Sequence record: SRR20825006_194
DNA length: 20,000 nucleotides
Reading direction: 5' to 3' (one strand)
The position numbers and the translations under genes were made by a program. Each line of letters begins with the position of its first letter. Within the stretch, counting starts at the first letter, position 1. This document shows, one piece after another, positions 16,583 through 20,000 of the stretch. The notes below the pieces were generated by a model that worked only from the letters and a program-made list of their open reading frames with translations, searched no databases and was not told the origin of the DNA.

Positions 16583-17755
16583 ATGGAAACCTTTCTAAAC
16601 TTACTCCGATTCGAGTTTAAACGAATATTTTCGAACACTGTAGTTGTCGCTATTTTCTTTGCCGCACCAATTTTTTACGGAATTCTATTCGGTTACGTCT
16701 ATCAACAAGCCAAAGTATTAGACCTTCCCATTGTTGTTATAGATCAGGATAGCAGCCCATTATCGAATACCATCATTGATGCCTTTGATGATAACGAAAC
16801 ACTAAAGATTGTTGATATCAGAAACAGCCATGAAACAATAGCTGAAGAAATGCCGAGCAAAGGTTATCAAGCTATTATAACTATTCCTTCTGGCTTTGAG
16901 GCAGACATCCTACAGAAGAGAAACCCAGAGGTACATATTGATTTGAACATGAGCAACATTCTAAATGCGAATTTTGCTAGCAAGAATATTCAAGCCGTTC
17001 TAGCTACTTTAAACGCTGGTATCGAAATTGAAAGCCTAGAAAAACAGGGCCTATCTCCTAGCGAAGCTCTAAAAGCGTTCCAACCATTCAATATTACTTT
17101 TAACAAACTCTATAATCCGTCTGGTAATTACGATACTTTTATGCTTCCCGGTTTACTTGGCGTGATTATGCAGCAGATCATTTTTCTTGCGTTGGCTCTT
17201 GTTTTTGCTCGCGACTTTGAAGACGGTTACTTTGCCCGCTTAGTAAATAAAAGCACTTCTTCTCTTTATCACATCACATTAAAAAGTGTGCCTTTTTTAA
17301 TACTAATTCCAATTATTTGGCTTATTGTAGCTAGCTTTTTACCGATGTTTGGCATGGAGTTAAACATATTTAACCCTGCTATGATTTTGGTAGCTACTTT
17401 ACTTTCAACAGCGGCGATGTTTATTGGTATGCTCTTTTCTGTTTTAATACCAAGCCAGTTAAAAGCCACCGAGTTTTTAATGGTTATTTCTACACCGGCA
17501 TTCGTGTTAAGTGGGTTTACATGGCCTGTTGCAGCAATGCCTGCTCCAATTTCAGCTCTTGCTCAAATTATTCCACTTACACATTTTTTAGAAGCCTTTA
17601 AAAAAATTGCGCTTTACGGCGGTGTTACAAAAGATGTGTTTCCTGAAATCACAGCTTTATTACTACTTACCGTAGTTTCCTTAGTGATAATAGTAATTGT
17701 ACTAAAAATAAAGATACTAATTCAAGTACGGAAAAATACCGCTTCATTAATCTAG
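16583..17755 (+). CDS. ABC-2 type transporter permease (YbhR/YbhS/YhhJ-like)
   Basis: N-terminal TM, extracytoplasmic domain (VVIDQDSSPLS...LYNPSGNY), several C-terminal TMs and SGFTWP...IIPLTHF. Confidence 0.88.
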   Translation: METFLNLLRFEFKRIFSNTVVVAIFFAAPIFYGILFGYVYQQAKVLDLPIVVIDQDSSPLSNTIIDAFDDNETLKIVDIRNSHETIAEEMPSKGYQAIITIPSGFEADILQKRNPEVHIDLNMSNILNANFASKNIQAVLATLNAGIEIESLEKQGLSPSEALKAFQPFNITFNKLYNPSGNYDTFMLPGLLGVIMQQIIFLALALVFARDFEDGYFARLVNKSTSSLYHITLKSVPFLILIPIIWLIVASFLPMFGMELNIFNPAMILVATLLSTAAMFIGMLFSVLIPSQLKATEFLMVISTPAFVLSGFTWPVAAMPAPISALAQIIPLTHFLEAFKKIALYGGVTKDVFPEITALLLLTVVSLVIIVIVLKIKILIQVRKNTASLI

Positions 17756-17758
17756 AGT

Positions 17759-19021
17759 TTAAACTAAACTTTTAATGGCAGCTAGCAAGTTATCGAGCTC
17801 TTGTTTAGAGTTGTAAATGTGTGTCGAGATTCTAATCGCGTCTAAATGGCTTTCAGGAACCACACGTATCCTAAAACCTTTTGCACTCAAGTCATTAGCA
17901 AATTTTCTATACTCATGATTTTTAGGCTTAAAAGTAACCATGCAAATTCTTGACGATTCCTCGCTAGGAGTTAATATGTCAATCGTGCTAGAAAACTCTG
18001 ACAAACCTTCAAAAAGATAGCTACTAAGTTCACGAACACGAGCCTCAACTTTCTTTTTCCCAATGGAAGCATGAAATTTTGCAGCAACCCCTACTCCTTC
18101 ATACAACGCAGTGCCTTGCGTGCCATAATCATAGCGATGAGCTGTTGATACATATTCAGCAATTGCAGGAGGATTGCTATATAAATCCCATCCTGTATCT
18201 GAATACGCCCCAACATGATAAACCTGCAAGGTATCAAGTAACTCCTCACGGACATATAAAAATCCAGAACCTCCCGGACCTAACAACCATTTGTGACCAC
18301 ACATTGAGTAAAAATCACAGCCTAATTCGTTTAAATCTAAATCGAATGTTCCAGCACTATGTGCCCCATCAATAGCGGTAAAAATATTCTTCTGTTTAGC
18401 CAGTTCACAAATTTCTTTAATTGGAAAAACGAGACCTGTAGTACAAGTTATATGTGGTAATGCGATTACTCTAGTTTTGGAATTTATGAGAGCTTTAACT
18501 TTATCATAATTCTCCTGTCGTGTAATGCCTGGCTCAAATGTTCTTAAAACAATTCCATCTAATTTTGCTCTATTCAACCAAGGCAAGGCATTCCCAACAT
18601 GTTCGTGAAGAGAAATGATAACTTCATCACCTCTTTTAAGAGGAACTCCCCAAGCAACAATATTTATGCCTTCTGTAGTGTTGTGAGTTAGGCTGATCTC
18701 AGAGGTTTTAGCACCAACAAATTTTGCTAATTCTTCTCTAACTTCATTGGTATGTCCATATTCACCAGTCTGATTTATTTCTTCTAGCGATTCTTTTAGT
18801 GCATCTAGAACCAGATACGGTGAGGGGCCAAAAGTACCGTTATTTAAATAAGCTCTTGTATCTGCCAAAGGAAATGAATTTCTCAACATCGCCCAATACT
18901 CTTCTCCATTTAAAGAGTGGTCTATTTTTGATCTTGCACCTGCCTGAACCGATGTGCTAAATATACTGGGAGCTAATAAGCTTAGCGATAGTTTTTTAAG
19001 AAATGATTTTCTGTTTTCCAT
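17759..19021 (-). CDS. PLP-dependent class V aminotransferase-fold enzyme (CefD/PvdN/C-S lyase-like) with a Tat-like signal
   Basis: YLNNGTFGPSP, HNTTEG, DGAHSAG and the PLP lysine in CGHKWLLGPGGSG; N-terminus NRKSFLK followed by a hydrophobic stretch ending in VQA. Confidence 0.88.
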   Translation of the reverse strand: MENRKSFLKKLSLSLLAPSIFSTSVQAGARSKIDHSLNGEEYWAMLRNSFPLADTRAYLNNGTFGPSPYLVLDALKESLEEINQTGEYGHTNEVREELAKFVGAKTSEISLTHNTTEGINIVAWGVPLKRGDEVIISLHEHVGNALPWLNRAKLDGIVLRTFEPGITRQENYDKVKALINSKTRVIALPHITCTTGLVFPIKEICELAKQKNIFTAIDGAHSAGTFDLDLNELGCDFYSMCGHKWLLGPGGSGFLYVREELLDTLQVYHVGAYSDTGWDLYSNPPAIAEYVSTAHRYDYGTQGTALYEGVGVAAKFHASIGKKKVEARVRELSSYLFEGLSEFSSTIDILTPSEESSRICMVTFKPKNHEYRKFANDLSAKGFRIRVVPESHLDAIRISTHIYNSKQELDNLLAAIKSLV

Positions 19022-19248
19022 GCCGTTCTACTTTTTCAAAATATCTTTACAAGGTATTCATATACCGATGTTAATGTAATGCTATTAATTAGAAAAATTG
19101 TAACAAGCCTATATATTTATCATCAATAAAGAGCTTTGCTCTCTCTCTATAGAATCATTTTGAACAGTTATTCCAAAGAAAATAATTTTCATGGAACTAA
19201 ATCCACTGAAAATTAAGTTTCATTTATGTCGTGTAAACAATAGCTCAT

Positions 19249-19294
19249 TTATAAATTATATATTATCAATAAATAATGGTTATATAATTTATAA
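19249..19294. repeat. 14-bp perfect inverted repeat with an 18-nt spacer upstream of crtI
   Basis: TTATAAATTATATA (19249-19262) and TATATAATTTATAA (19281-19294) are exact reverse complements. Confidence 0.7.
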
Positions 19295-19330
19295 TGTAGC
19301 GCCTAATATCTTTTTTAGAATAGAATTTAA

Positions 19331-20000
19331 ATGTCGAAACAGAAAAAAATAATCATTATCGGAGGGGGCTTTTCCTCACTGTCATCTTCTTGTTACTTAG
19401 CTAAGCTAGGTTACGATGTTCTCGTTCTTGAGAAGAATAACCAACTAGGTGGAAGAGCAAGACAGCTTAAGAAATATGGCTTTACTTTCGATATCGGCCC
19501 TACTTTCTATTGGATGCCAGATGTTTTTGAAGCTTTTTTCAACAACTTTGGGAAAAGTGCGAGTGACTACTATGAGTTAGATAAACTAAACCCTGCCTAT
19601 CAAGTTTATTATGAAGGTGGCGAAAGTATTTCCCTTCCTGATAACATCGAGGATATAAAAATTTTATTTGAGTCTATTGAGAAAGGAAGTGCTATTAAGC
19701 TTCAAGAGTTTATTTCAAATGCCGAGGATAATTATAAAATTGCTATACAAGATCTGGTTTATAAACCAGGAGAAAATCTCTTCGAAATCATAAATTTCCA
19801 AACTTTCAAAAAGCTTAATCTATTTTTCAAAAGCATTCAGCAGTCGGTAGCGGAACATTTTTCAGATCCACGGTTGATTAAGATTATGGAGTTCCCAACA
19901 CTTTTCTTAGGTGCCAAACCTAGTAAAACTCCTGCATTCTATAACTTCATGAACTATGCTGATTTTTGTCTAGGTACTTGGCATCCCAAAGGTGGCATGT
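19331..20000 (+). CDS. crtI: Phytoene desaturase family protein, 5' part only (runs off the window; not in the ORF track)
   Basis: Hand translation is open to the window end: MSKQKKIIIIGGGFSSLSSSCYLAKLGYDVLVLEKNNQLGGRAR...GFTFDIGPTFYWMPDVF...FLGAKPSKTPAFYNFMNYADFCLGTWHPKGGM, which gives a Rossmann FAD motif plus CrtI-family motifs. Confidence 0.88.
   Translation, partial: MSKQKKIIIIGGGFSSLSSSCYLAKLGYDVLVLEKNNQLGGRARQLKKYGFTFDIGPTFYWMPDVFEAFFNNFGKSASDYYELDKLNPAYQVYYEGGESISLPDNIEDIKILFESIEKGSAIKLQEFISNAEDNYKIAIQDLVYKPGENLFEIINFQTFKKLNLFFKSIQQSVAEHFSDPRLIKIMEFPTLFLGAKPSKTPAFYNFMNYADFCLGTWHPKGGM

Noticed and set aside
15537..18375. Short ORFs at 15537-15740, 17269-17469 and 18079-18375
   Set aside because: Antisense to the tolC/hlyD, permease and aminotransferase genes, with no independent support.
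19110..19273. Imperfect direct repeat TATATA..ATCAATAAA (about 19110-19130 and 19257-19273) and a short CT run near 19139-19148
   Set aside because: Low-complexity AT-rich sequence with only two copies; not a CRISPR array, att site or credible phase-variable tract.
1..20000. Mobile elements, CRISPR arrays, tRNA/rRNA genes, defence systems
   Set aside because: No transposase, integrase or nuclease ORFs, no spaced repeat array and no tRNA-like structure seen; the largest intergenic regions are about 230 and 310 nt.

Overview
AT-rich bacterial chromosomal window, inferred to come from the Bacteroidota/Balneolota-Rhodothermota (FCB) lineage because of the TAnnTTTG-type promoter elements, A-rich leaders with little Shine-Dalgarno signal and the gene order. 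The first 7 kb are core genes: rpmI-rplT, an intrinsic terminator, pheS-pheT, a ZapB-like coiled-coil gene, zapA, a YmdB/TIGR00282 phosphoesterase, a lolD-like ATPase, and a YfgM-like TPR protein with its own terminator. The rest is mixed metabolic and transport content: a GluP/FucP sugar MFS transporter convergent with a ROK kinase, a TlpA-like exported thioredoxin-fold protein, a GT4 glycosyltransferase, a solA/sarcosine-oxidase-family gene, a Crp/Fnr regulator followed by a TolC-HlyD-ABC-2 permease operon, a Tat-type PLP class V enzyme, and the 5' part of a crtI-family gene that the ORF track misses. I saw no mobile element, CRISPR array, tRNA or rRNA. The best leads are: (1) a Crp/Fnr regulator with a perfect TTGAT-N4-ATCAA box in front of a tripartite export operon that has no ATPase gene; (2) a single-cysteine CxxS TlpA-like protein; (3) zapA joined directly to ymdB with no rny or 6S RNA between them; (4) a 14-bp inverted repeat upstream of crtI. 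Nothing here proves a new system; these are candidates.
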